From an uncultured Erythrobacter sp. (GTDB lineage: Bacteria > Pseudomonadota > Alphaproteobacteria > Sphingomonadales > Sphingomonadaceae), in the NCBI GenBank assembly GCA_947495555.1, contig CANLZI010000001.1:36861-100860 (forward strand): a DNA stretch of 64,000 bases. The letters run 5' to 3'. Both the position numbers and the translations under genes were made by a program. Positions 8,320 to 16,422 of the stretch are shown here, in pieces. The notes beneath the pieces are model-generated. The model did no database searches and was not told the origin of the DNA. It worked only from the letters and a program-made list of their open reading frames with translations. Within the stretch, counting starts at the first letter, position 1, and each line of letters starts with the position of its first letter.

Positions 8320-9372
8320 TCAGTCTCTGTCAGAAGGCCTAAGTGTAATCTCTTCCGAGTTCTCATCGATAGAAAAGCCATCCACTTCACGCGCACTCTC
8401 TTTCAGCCACACGGGTCCAGAGTAGTAAGGGTTGACCGAGACGGCGTATTTATGAGCTGGTGACATAGTCGAGTTTGGCCCCAACACCAGCGGCTCCTTG
8501 CTTGTTACGTCATGGAAAGTTACTGAGAAAGTGTAGATCTGTATTGCCAATACAGCCTTGTTTTTCTTGCGTTCAAAGAGTCGATCAGCCGCTTCTCTCA
8601 ATTGTCCGATGGTGCTCAGCGACAGATAGAGCCCACCTACGACTAAAAAAGAAGTCTCGCCGGAACGCTGTCCTCTGGACTTTTTCCATGCCTTCTCAAT
8701 AATCTTGTCAGCGTCGATATCGACGTCTGGGTCAAGTGACCAAAGAACAAGCGGCGCTTTAACCTCGACCCCTATTTTGTCTTTGTAGGGAGTGTATTGA
8801 ACTAGGTCAGCTTCCTTGCTGGAACTCTTAGCTGACCTGACAAAGTTTACCTCGTTTCCTCGCAAGCGCTGCACATAAACGTAGATTAGGGAAACAAGAT
8901 GGTGGGCGAATGAAGTTGGTTGACGTAGCTCGTCTACTAGTTCGCGCCACGCTGGGTTCGTTTTGAAGCGATCTAGAAGGAATGCAAAAGTGCTAATCTC
9001 ACACAGCGCAGGAAAGTCGGCGGTTGGAGGATTTTGGGACAATCCCGCGATGGAAAATCGCATGCGTTCTTCTAGGTAAATTAAGCGATGTGGAATGAAC
9101 TGGCGATTGCCGTAGCGCTGAGCATTCTCGAATTTCGCACGCTGTCTGTCGTACTCTGGACCGAGAATCTCGGAAGCGATGTCCAAGTATTTCGCAAAAT
9201 CGGTCAACTTCTGACTTGTTTTTACGCGGAGGCTTGAACCAAGCGAAAATGACATTGGTTTGTGGTAAATCACCTCGCCTTTTTGCACGGTGAACTTTTT
9301 ACAACTCTCAAACCTACAACTCTCAATCTCACGGATAGAGCGATTGACGATGAATACCTCTTTCTTGGTCAA
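8320..9372 (-). CDS. Hypothetical protein with a PD-(D/E)xK nuclease-like domain
   Basis: KEADL...IGVEVK motif in a restriction-endonuclease-like context. The TTG start overlaps the upstream stop (TTGA). The DNA looks AT-richer than host genes. Confidence 0.6.
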   Translation of the reverse strand: MTKKEVFIVNRSIREIESCRFESCKKFTVQKGEVIYHKPMSFSLGSSLRVKTSQKLTDFAKYLDIASEILGPEYDRQRAKFENAQRYGNRQFIPHRLIYLEERMRFSIAGLSQNPPTADFPALCEISTFAFLLDRFKTNPAWRELVDELRQPTSFAHHLVSLIYVYVQRLRGNEVNFVRSAKSSSKEADLVQYTPYKDKIGVEVKAPLVLWSLDPDVDIDADKIIEKAWKKSRGQRSGETSFLVVGGLYLSLSTIGQLREAADRLFERKKNKAVLAIQIYTFSVTFHDVTSKEPLVLGPNSTMSPAHKYAVSVNPYYSGPVWLKESAREVDGFSIDENSEEITLRPSDRD

Positions 9373-9689
9373 GACTGATCTTCGGCGACCCCGGGGATGG
9401 CGTCATTTTGTCTTATCGCCTTGTAGACTTCATCTACAAATTCTGTCGCTCCTTGCGCGTAAATCTGCCTGAAGAAGTGTAGCATGTTGGCCGCAGGCCC
9501 GTTGAACGACCATTTACACTCAGAGAAATCACAACCGTGCATAGAGTAGTTCATGAAGCCGTTATAGACCAATGTGCAACGCTCGAGTTTGCAGTCATGC
9601 AATGATGCCCCGTCTAAAAAGATCGTCTTATCCGATATCGTTTGGCCTTCGGCGTACATGATTCTGTTCCCTTCGACTTCTTGTGCCAA
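9369..9689 (-). CDS. Small hypothetical protein with short repeat-like (possible beta-solenoid) N-terminus
   Basis: IFLDGASLHDCKLERCTLVY...CDFSECKWSF spacing. Translationally coupled to the nuclease-like gene; an alternative ATG start lies at 9659. Confidence 0.75.
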   Translation of the reverse strand: MAQEVEGNRIMYAEGQTISDKTIFLDGASLHDCKLERCTLVYNGFMNYSMHGCDFSECKWSFNGPAANMLHFFRQIYAQGATEFVDEVYKAIRQNDAIPGVAEDQS

Positions 9690-9742
9690 GAATGAGTAAC
9701 ATAACGCCTACTTTGGCTCCATACGACTGATCACGAACCGTC

Positions 9743-9757
9743 GTCACCTTAGGTGAC
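9743..9757. promoter_or_regulatory. Dyad upstream of the small protein/nuclease pair
   Basis: GTCACCT-T-AGGTGAC, a perfect 7-bp inverted repeat. Confidence 0.4.
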
Positions 9758-9850
9758 ACTTCGAATACGAAGCAATCCAAATGCCGGCTTTGCGGACTTT
9801 GACGGTTGATAGGCGACGTTCAGCCATCGGCCCACTTTTAGTCAGCGCTT

Positions 9851-9882
9851 AATGTCTTGGATTGGGGTGGAAAGCGGACAAT
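9851..9882 (-). repeat. Junction palindrome family, copy 2
   Basis: Reverse complement reads ATTGTCCGCTTTCCACCCCAATCCAAGACATT. GTCCGCTTTCCACCC is identical to copy 6 at 48820-48834. Confidence 0.75.
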
Positions 9883-9990
9883 GCCGCTTTGTGCTCGCGA
9901 GCTTTGGCCTCGCTGACACATTACAAGCATTCAAATCTGCTATTTCACTTCTGGCAATCGTACAGGCGGACTATCCAGCGTGGTCCGTTA

Positions 9991-12900
9991 TTAGGCCCCA
10001 TGGCTTGAACTGATGGACCAGAGCTTCGTAAGTTTCGCGCGTAGCTTGCTTACGCCGCCGCTCAAGTCCGACGCCGCCGCGTAAGCTGCAGGAACGACGA
10101 GCAGTGTGAGGAAAGTCGAGGTCGTTAAACCTCCGATGATTATGAACCCCATTGCGTTGCGCCATTCGGCGGCATCGGACTGCGCGAGCGCCACAGGTAG
10201 CATTCCAAAGACCGCTGCCAGCGCTGTCATCAGCACAGGTCGCAACCGCTCTGGGGCAGCGCTGCGCATCGCAGCACCGGCCTCGTCGCCTCGGTCTCGA
10301 TATTGATTGGCGAGATCGACCAATAGGATACCGTTTTTCATCACGATACCCATCAGCGCGATCATTCCAATTTGGGCGAAGAGGCTCATCTCTTCGCCCG
10401 TTGCCCACATCAGAAAATAAGCGCCGGAGAATGATAGCGGCGCGGTTAGCATGATAATTATCGGCTGGCCGAAGCTGTTGAACTGGCTCGCCAATACAAT
10501 GTAGAGCGCCACAAGCGCCAGTCCGAAGGCAAAGATGATGGCCTCGCTCGTTTCGGCCAAGCGGCGTGCGGTACCCTCCATTTGGGTGGCCACTCCAGAG
10601 GGCGACGGGTTAGCCGCCAGCAAATCTTCAACCTGTGAAACGGCGACGCTCAAAGGCACACCGGGAGCCGTGTTTGCTAACACTGAAATCTGGCGAGATC
10701 GATCGATCCGCTCTATTTCTGCGGCGCTCTGATTCACCTCAACCGTAGCGACCGAAGCAAGGTCGACCAGCGTTCCTTGCCCCGTTCGCAACGGCAGTGT
10801 TTCGACATCGTAAAGGCTCTGCCGCGCGCTTTCATCAAGGCGGACCCGCACGTCGTAGCGCCGTTCATTATCGTTGAATGTCCCCGCATCGCTGCCACCG
10901 ATAAGGGTGCGTGAGGCGGCAGCTAGGCTGCGAGCGGAAATTCCCAAATCTGCCGCGCGGTCGCGGTCGACCACAATTTGCAATTCTGGGCGCCCACCTT
11001 CGTAGGTTGATCGCACATCGACAAAATTGGATTGAGCAGCAAGTTCGCCTGTGAGCAATTGTGCATAGTCGTTGATTGCGGCTGAATCCCGTCCCGTGAT
11101 GATAAGCTCAATGGCGACCTGTCCAACACCGGCCCCGGAAACCCAAGGGACCTCTTCGACGGCAATTTCGCGCGCGCTCGGCACATTTTCGCTAAGCGCG
11201 TCGCGTGCAAATGTCATCAGATTATCTTGTGACAGATCACGGGAGCGTTTATGCGTGAGGCCAACATAGATATCGAGTTCATGCACCTTCGGGTTGCTTC
11301 CGCTGCCTGCACTCACAAATACCAGTTCGACCTCTGGGTGCTCTCGTAAGGCAATGTCGACTTGCTGTGCGGCTTCCTTCGCACTGGCAATACCCGTTCC
11401 GAGCGGCAGTTTGACCGTTACAAGAAATTCAGAGCGATCCGTTGTCGACATGAAGGTGCTGGGAACTTGGGAGGCGAATAGGCCACCGATAAACACGCTG
11501 GCGAGCGCGCCTCCGAGCACCAGATAACGCCGGTCTATCGCCCATCCAACCAGCTGTTCATAGCGTTTGCGCATCCCGACATGGAAGCTTTCAATCCTGC
11601 CAAGCCAACCACTATCGGCATGTTCGGGACGCAGTAGCCGAGCCGACATGGCCGGTGTCAGCGTGAAGGCGACCAGCATCGATACGCTGACCGAAAAGAC
11701 GATTGCAAGTCCGTATTGGAAGAAGAAGCGACCGACGATACCTTCCATGAACGCGATCGGCACAAAAACCGCCAGCGTTGCGAATGTTCCGGCCAAGACT
11801 GCCAGCGCCACGCGTTTGGTCGCTGAATGCGCTGCCTCTGTTGGCTCAACCCCTTCGTCGACGTCATTTTGTACCGCCTCGACCACAACAATCGCATCAT
11901 CGACCAGCAGGCCAATCGCGACCGTTAGCGCCAACAGTGTCACCATGTTGATGGTGAAATCGAACGCTGCAAATGCAACAAAGGTCGCAACGATTGAAGT
12001 CGGAATGGCGAGCAGCACAATGATCGTCGCACGCCAACTTAGTAGAAACAGGAAGGTAACTGCCACGACCAACAGCACTGCGATAAATAGGTCGAACAGA
12101 ACATCCCCAATCGCCTGTTCGATAAATCGCGAGGTGTCCCGTGCGATGACAAAGTTCACCCCTTCGGAAGCGGTGGCTTCAATGCTCTCGATTTCTGCGC
12201 GTATCTGCTCTGCTACTGCGACCGTGTTCTCGCCGCTCTGCTTGCGCACTTCGAGCACCACGCCAAGTTCGCCGTCGAGCTGGGCGTAGCTGTTTTCGTC
12301 TTCGACCGAATCCTCTACCCGCCCGATATCGCCTATTCTATCCGTTTGCCCATTGGGCCGATAAGCGACCGGGATCGCTGCAAACTCTGCCGCATTTGCC
12401 GCCTCGGCCAATGTGCGAATGCCGAATTGCCGGGTCCGCCCATCGGTAACCAGCCGCCCGCCCGGCAGCTCTGCGTTTTCGCGCTGGATCGCAGACAACA
12501 CATCATCCGCTGTAACCCCGCGCGCGCGCATCGCTGATGCATCAAGCCAGACGCGCATCTCGCGCTCGCGTCCGCCTACCAACTCAACCGAGCCAACACC
12601 CGGTACGCGCTGCAATCGTTCTTTGACCACTTCGTCTGCGAAGGTGGTCAGATCACGGATCGGCAAGTCACCCGAAAGAAGCACCGAAAGGATTGGTGCC
12701 GCGTCTGGGTCAACTTTTTCAATTACCGGCGGTTCAGCATCGGCGGGCAGGTCGCCCCCGAGGCGAGAGATTTTGTCGCGAACTTCTTGCGCTTTTAGGT
12801 CCGCGTTTTCCTCAAGTTCGAATTCTAGATTGACGATGCTGACCCCTTCAGCGCTGATGGACCGCATCTGTTTGAGGCCGGATATTGTGTTGAGCTGCTC

Positions 12901-13104
12901 CTCGATTATGTCGGTGACTTCTGTCTCCACCGTTCCCGGAGAAGCGCCGGGCAGAGCGGTGGTGACCGAAACGTAAGGGAACTCAACTTCGGGAAAGAGA
13001 TCGACGCCTAGGCGGCCAAATGAGACAATGCCAAGCACGACAAGCGATGCAATCAGCATTGTGGCAAAGACCGGTCGCCGGATTGAAACGTCGGCCAACC
13101 ACAT
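9991..13104 (-). CDS. RND efflux transporter permease (AcrB/AcrD/AcrF family)
   Basis: MWLADVSIRRPV start, GLLVDDAIVVVE, KNGILLV and RLRPVLMTA motifs; about 1037 aa. Confidence 0.95.
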   Translation of the reverse strand: MWLADVSIRRPVFATMLIASLVVLGIVSFGRLGVDLFPEVEFPYVSVTTALPGASPGTVETEVTDIIEEQLNTISGLKQMRSISAEGVSIVNLEFELEENADLKAQEVRDKISRLGGDLPADAEPPVIEKVDPDAAPILSVLLSGDLPIRDLTTFADEVVKERLQRVPGVGSVELVGGREREMRVWLDASAMRARGVTADDVLSAIQRENAELPGGRLVTDGRTRQFGIRTLAEAANAAEFAAIPVAYRPNGQTDRIGDIGRVEDSVEDENSYAQLDGELGVVLEVRKQSGENTVAVAEQIRAEIESIEATASEGVNFVIARDTSRFIEQAIGDVLFDLFIAVLLVVAVTFLFLLSWRATIIVLLAIPTSIVATFVAFAAFDFTINMVTLLALTVAIGLLVDDAIVVVEAVQNDVDEGVEPTEAAHSATKRVALAVLAGTFATLAVFVPIAFMEGIVGRFFFQYGLAIVFSVSVSMLVAFTLTPAMSARLLRPEHADSGWLGRIESFHVGMRKRYEQLVGWAIDRRYLVLGGALASVFIGGLFASQVPSTFMSTTDRSEFLVTVKLPLGTGIASAKEAAQQVDIALREHPEVELVFVSAGSGSNPKVHELDIYVGLTHKRSRDLSQDNLMTFARDALSENVPSAREIAVEEVPWVSGAGVGQVAIELIITGRDSAAINDYAQLLTGELAAQSNFVDVRSTYEGGRPELQIVVDRDRAADLGISARSLAAASRTLIGGSDAGTFNDNERRYDVRVRLDESARQSLYDVETLPLRTGQGTLVDLASVATVEVNQSAAEIERIDRSRQISVLANTAPGVPLSVAVSQVEDLLAANPSPSGVATQMEGTARRLAETSEAIIFAFGLALVALYIVLASQFNSFGQPIIIMLTAPLSFSGAYFLMWATGEEMSLFAQIGMIALMGIVMKNGILLVDLANQYRDRGDEAGAAMRSAAPERLRPVLMTALAAVFGMLPVALAQSDAAEWRNAMGFIIIGGLTTSTFLTLLVVPAAYAAASDLSGGVSKLRAKLTKLWSISSSHGA

Positions 13105-13105
13105 A

Positions 13106-14269
13106 TTAGGTTTCGCTCGTGGTGCGGCGCGACTTGACTGGCTCGCCAGCGCGCAAGGTTGCCGGAGGGTTGAGTATGACCTCATCTCCCTCGCTTAAAC
13201 CCGACCGAACGCGAACTCTGTCGAGGTCGATACTTTCGTATGTAACCTCGCGGCGCTGCGCTCTGCCATCCTCAACCACCAGAACAATGGCGGTGGCGTT
13301 ATCACCTTGAATTGCTGTGCCCGGCAGAATGATTGCCTGTTCTGGCGGGACCTCAATTTGAGCGCGCGCAGCTAGTCCGGAGCTAATCCGATAATTCGGG
13401 TTGCTGATCGGAAGCCGCAGTTCAACCATTCGGCTTTCCGGATCGACGCGGTCATTGATGATGTAAACGATGCTATCGAGCGGCTCATCGAACCCTTCGA
13501 TAAACACGCGAGCGGGCATGTTAAGACGAAAGGAGTCTACGTATTCCTGCGGGGCATTGACGATAGCGGCTACTGTCCCGAGCTCTTGCAATTCAAGCGC
13601 TGCCGATTGCCCGCCCATCGAGAACCGATTGTTGAGATAGACGCCCTCATCGACCAACCGCGCGGTCACGACGCCGTCATAGGGTGCGCGTGTGATCGTA
13701 TCGCTGAGCGCTTGCCTCGCCGTTCCAAGAACGGCTTCGGCTTGCGCCTTCTGCGCACGGGCTACGGCCAGCTCGGTTTCGACAGCGTCGACTTGCGCTT
13801 TTGAGACGAACCCCCTTGGGGCCAGCGCCATCACCCGGCCATATCGGCGCTCTGCTTCAATCGCTTGTGCTTCGGTCAGATCAACTGCTGCCTGCGCTTC
13901 TGCGACCCGCCGCTGATAATCAGCCTGACGAATTCGGAAGAGTGGCTGCCCGCGCGTTACTCGGTCGCCGACTTTGACGAATATCCGTTCGACCGGACCT
14001 TCGGCCAATGCACCAATTGCGCTACGCTGCTTTGCCGCGATGGTGCCAAATGCCTTGACCGGGTTGGCCAAGAGCTCGGGCTTTACGATCATCGTTTCGA
14101 CTTGGCGTGGCTCTGCCTGAGCTTGGGCTTGATCGGTCGCCTTGCTGGTTTCCGAGTTGTCCGAACACGCTGCCAAAGCTACCGCGCAGACAATTAGCCA
14201 AGCAAGAATTACGCTCCGCAGCATCTCCTTCAACCGCGCACGATCAATAGCGATTGGTCCTGCGGTCAC
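13106..14269 (-). CDS. RND periplasmic adaptor (membrane fusion protein), lipoprotein
   Basis: LAAC lipobox, VKVGDRVTRGQPLF and TRAPYDGVV lipoyl halves; directly upstream of the permease. Confidence 0.93.
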   Translation of the reverse strand: MTAGPIAIDRARLKEMLRSVILAWLIVCAVALAACSDNSETSKATDQAQAQAEPRQVETMIVKPELLANPVKAFGTIAAKQRSAIGALAEGPVERIFVKVGDRVTRGQPLFRIRQADYQRRVAEAQAAVDLTEAQAIEAERRYGRVMALAPRGFVSKAQVDAVETELAVARAQKAQAEAVLGTARQALSDTITRAPYDGVVTARLVDEGVYLNNRFSMGGQSAALELQELGTVAAIVNAPQEYVDSFRLNMPARVFIEGFDEPLDSIVYIINDRVDPESRMVELRLPISNPNYRISSGLAARAQIEVPPEQAIILPGTAIQGDNATAIVLVVEDGRAQRREVTYESIDLDRVRVRSGLSEGDEVILNPPATLRAGEPVKSRRTTSET

Positions 14270-15153
14270 GGGGCCTTTGCCTCCATACCATGATGGCGTT
14301 TGAGAAATCCGACAATTGCAGCCGAAAATGCATCATTGGAATCTCCAACAACCATGTGCGTTGCGCCTGCAATGTCCGTGTATTCGGCATGAGGGACGAG
14401 TTCATGCAGGTGCGCGACTGACTCCTCAGAAACTAGATCGCTCGACCCGCCCCGGATTAGATGGAGCGGTAGCGACAAATTTGCCGCCGCTTGGCTCAGC
14501 CCTTCAAACTGTCTTTCCTGATGATCTGGAGCCAAGCGCTGCTCATTCATGATGTTGCGGATGAACATTGGATCCCAGTGCCAATAGAAGCGGCCATCGT
14601 CCTTTTGCCGCAGATAATGTTTGAGGTTACCTCCAGCCCCGCGCTTCTGGCGATGCGGCATGTAACTGGCGATAATTTCCGCCGCCTCTTCCGCGGAAGC
14701 AAACCCGCGATCAATATGCTTCTCCATGAAGCCCACCACGCGCATGACCCCGCTTGGCTCCATCCGTGGCGCGATGTCCACCAGAGTGAGCGAGGCGAAG
14801 CTACCCGAAGCAAGTTCACCCTCGGCAATCATGCCTGCAAGCCCGCCAAGCGAAGCACCGACAACCGCAGGTTTGCAATCCAGCTGGGACGCAATCGCAA
14901 CGAGATCGGAAGCAAAGTCACGAAGGTCATAGGAGCCGTCTTCAGACCATGCGCTGTCGCCATGGCCGCGCAAATCAAGCGCAATGACACGGAAGCCAGC
15001 CGAGGTGAGTTCACCAGTGACACGCTTCCAGGCGCGGCGGGTCTGCCCACCACCATGCGCAAGCAAGACAGGCAGTCCTATTTCACTTCCTGAGACTTCG
15101 GCGGCAAGCTCGATCGCCGCATGGCCTCTGATGGTTTGAACTTTAATCGGCAT
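14266..15153 (-). CDS. Alpha/beta fold hydrolase
   Basis: HGGGQT oxyanion loop, DLRGHGDS, nucleophile GASLGG and catalytic His in GATHMV. Confidence 0.9.
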   Translation of the reverse strand: MPIKVQTIRGHAAIELAAEVSGSEIGLPVLLAHGGGQTRRAWKRVTGELTSAGFRVIALDLRGHGDSAWSEDGSYDLRDFASDLVAIASQLDCKPAVVGASLGGLAGMIAEGELASGSFASLTLVDIAPRMEPSGVMRVVGFMEKHIDRGFASAEEAAEIIASYMPHRQKRGAGGNLKHYLRQKDDGRFYWHWDPMFIRNIMNEQRLAPDHQERQFEGLSQAAANLSLPLHLIRGGSSDLVSEESVAHLHELVPHAEYTDIAGATHMVVGDSNDAFSAAIVGFLKRHHGMEAKAP

Positions 15154-15188
15154 AACTATCAGTTCCTATATTGTAATTCATTTTACAG

Positions 15189-15200
15189 TAAAGTACTTTA
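15189..15200. promoter_or_regulatory. Putative MarR operator
   Basis: Perfect palindrome TAAAGTACTTTA between the divergent hydrolase and MarR genes. Confidence 0.6.
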
Positions 15201-15231
15201 TTTTTCTCAGCCCGGTGGTATGGCTGCCCAC

Positions 15232-15705
15232 ATGGAAATCAATTTGGACAAAGACGCTGATGCAGCCGCAGAGAGCTTTCTGACTGACACTGATCGGTTC
15301 GTTTTTTTGCTGGAGGACGTAACCTCGCGATTGCGGCGCAACTTTGATTTTTCAGTCGAGCAGTTTGGCCTCACTCGCACGCAGTGGCGCACTTTGGCCT
15401 ATGTTTACCGGACACCTGGAATGACTCAGACGCAGCTAGCAAAGCGGCTAGACCTAGAACGCGCCAGTATTGGTCAGGCAATCGATAGGCTTGAGAAAAT
15501 GGAGCTGGTCGAACGACGAAGTGCGCAAAATGATCGGCGCGTGTGGCATGTACACCTGCTGCCTGCTGCAATTGAGTTACTGCCAGCATTGCGCAAGGAG
15601 GCAGACGCCACCTATGAAAGGCTGCTCTCTGGTTTGGATTTCAACGATCTGGAGCGCTTCGGTAGAGCCCTAGCAAAGATGCGTGATAACCTTGATATCG
15701 ATTAG
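15232..15705 (+). CDS. MarR-family transcriptional regulator
   Basis: GLTRTQWRTL...TQTQLAKRLDLERASIGQAIDRLEKMELVERR...DRRV wHTH. Confidence 0.92.
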   Translation: MEINLDKDADAAAESFLTDTDRFVFLLEDVTSRLRRNFDFSVEQFGLTRTQWRTLAYVYRTPGMTQTQLAKRLDLERASIGQAIDRLEKMELVERRSAQNDRRVWHVHLLPAAIELLPALRKEADATYERLLSGLDFNDLERFGRALAKMRDNLDID

Positions 15706-15751
15706 GCATTGGTTGGTAGGGAACGGGCCATCAGTTGGGCAGACTTAGATG

Positions 15752-15781
15752 AACTTCTGCTTTTGGGTCGTAAGCGGACTG
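15752..15781 (-). repeat. Junction palindrome family, copy 3
   Basis: Reverse complement reads CAGTCCGCTTACGACCCAAAAGCAGAAGTT; 46 bp after the MarR stop. Confidence 0.7.
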
Positions 15782-16145
15782 TCAGATTCTGGCCTGTTGT
15801 GAGCGAAGGCTGAAGCTAGAAAACTAGCAGAAAGACCACTTTCTCACATCCAATCGTTCCTTGTGTTGCAAATCCCAACGAGTATCTCGTTGACTATAAG
15901 TTGAGCCGTTTTTGGGAAATCCTTCGTGAGCAACCATGAATATACCCCACCCATGCTTCGCTCTAAACCCCCATGGGGCCCCTACGCCCAGAAAAGAATT
16001 CTTTCTTGTCGGCATCTCAATGCATGCCGAAGTAGTGTAGTACCGAGACGTCAAAAACGTTCGATCTTCACGTGCAATAGTCCGAAGAAGATGGTCCCGT
16101 TAGAGAGAGGGCTAAGAAGCCGTTGCACGACAGGCAGTTACAAAA

Positions 16146-16168
16146 ATGTGGGAGGCAGCGTGGGGGTA
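16146..16168. promoter_or_regulatory. Putative right-end integrase arm-type sites
   Basis: ATGTGGGAG and GCGTGGGGGTA match the GTGTGGGAG motif at the left end; about 50 bp inside attR. Confidence 0.55.
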
Positions 16169-16218
16169 ATTGACCCAATGTATGCTAACATCATGTTATC
16201 AAAATAAGATACGTCAAA

Positions 16219-16241
16219 GTTCGAATCCTATCCTGCCACCA
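16219..16241 (+). repeat. attR (duplicated tRNA-Tyr 3' end)
   Basis: GTTCGAATCCTATCCTG-CCACCA: 17 bp identical to attL, then a 1-nt deletion. Confidence 0.9.
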
Positions 16242-16250
16242 CCAGCTTTT

Positions 16251-16272
16251 GACCTGCCGTTTAAGGCAGGTT
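16251..16272 (+). terminator. Hairpin after attR, probably the displaced tRNA-Tyr terminator
   Basis: ACCTGCC-GTTTAA-GGCAGGT stem-loop. Confidence 0.55.
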
Positions 16273-16422
16273 AATGGCGACCCATCTTAAATCATGAAAC
16301 TGACGAGTTGAGATTCGTTTGGCCCTCATTTGGGTCGAGGATTTGGCTCAATTGTAGATCAGCTTCGGGGACAATTGGGCAAATTCGAATTGCCAAAATT
16401 TCAGATAGGGTCATAACGCAGC

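Larger units (their letters stand above)
1674..16241. mobile_element. Integrative element / phage-satellite-like genomic island in tRNA-Tyr
   Basis: Flanked by direct repeats of the tRNA 3' end. The integrase is the first gene after attL, followed by an excisionase-like HTH and a primase-helicase. Accessory cargo follows; no structural phage genes are seen. Confidence 0.92.

Noticed and set aside
15824-16207. ORFs 15824-16054 (-) and 15926-16207 (+)
   Set aside because: Mutually overlapping, no recognisable motifs, and they run across arm-site DNA; probably spurious.
1674-16241. Intact prophage or ICE
   Set aside because: No capsid, terminase, tail, lysis, relaxase or T4SS genes are recognisable.
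16219-16244. Second tRNA gene at the attR position
   Set aside because: Only the T-arm/acceptor 3' fragment is present; upstream sequence forms no D-arm or anticodon arm.
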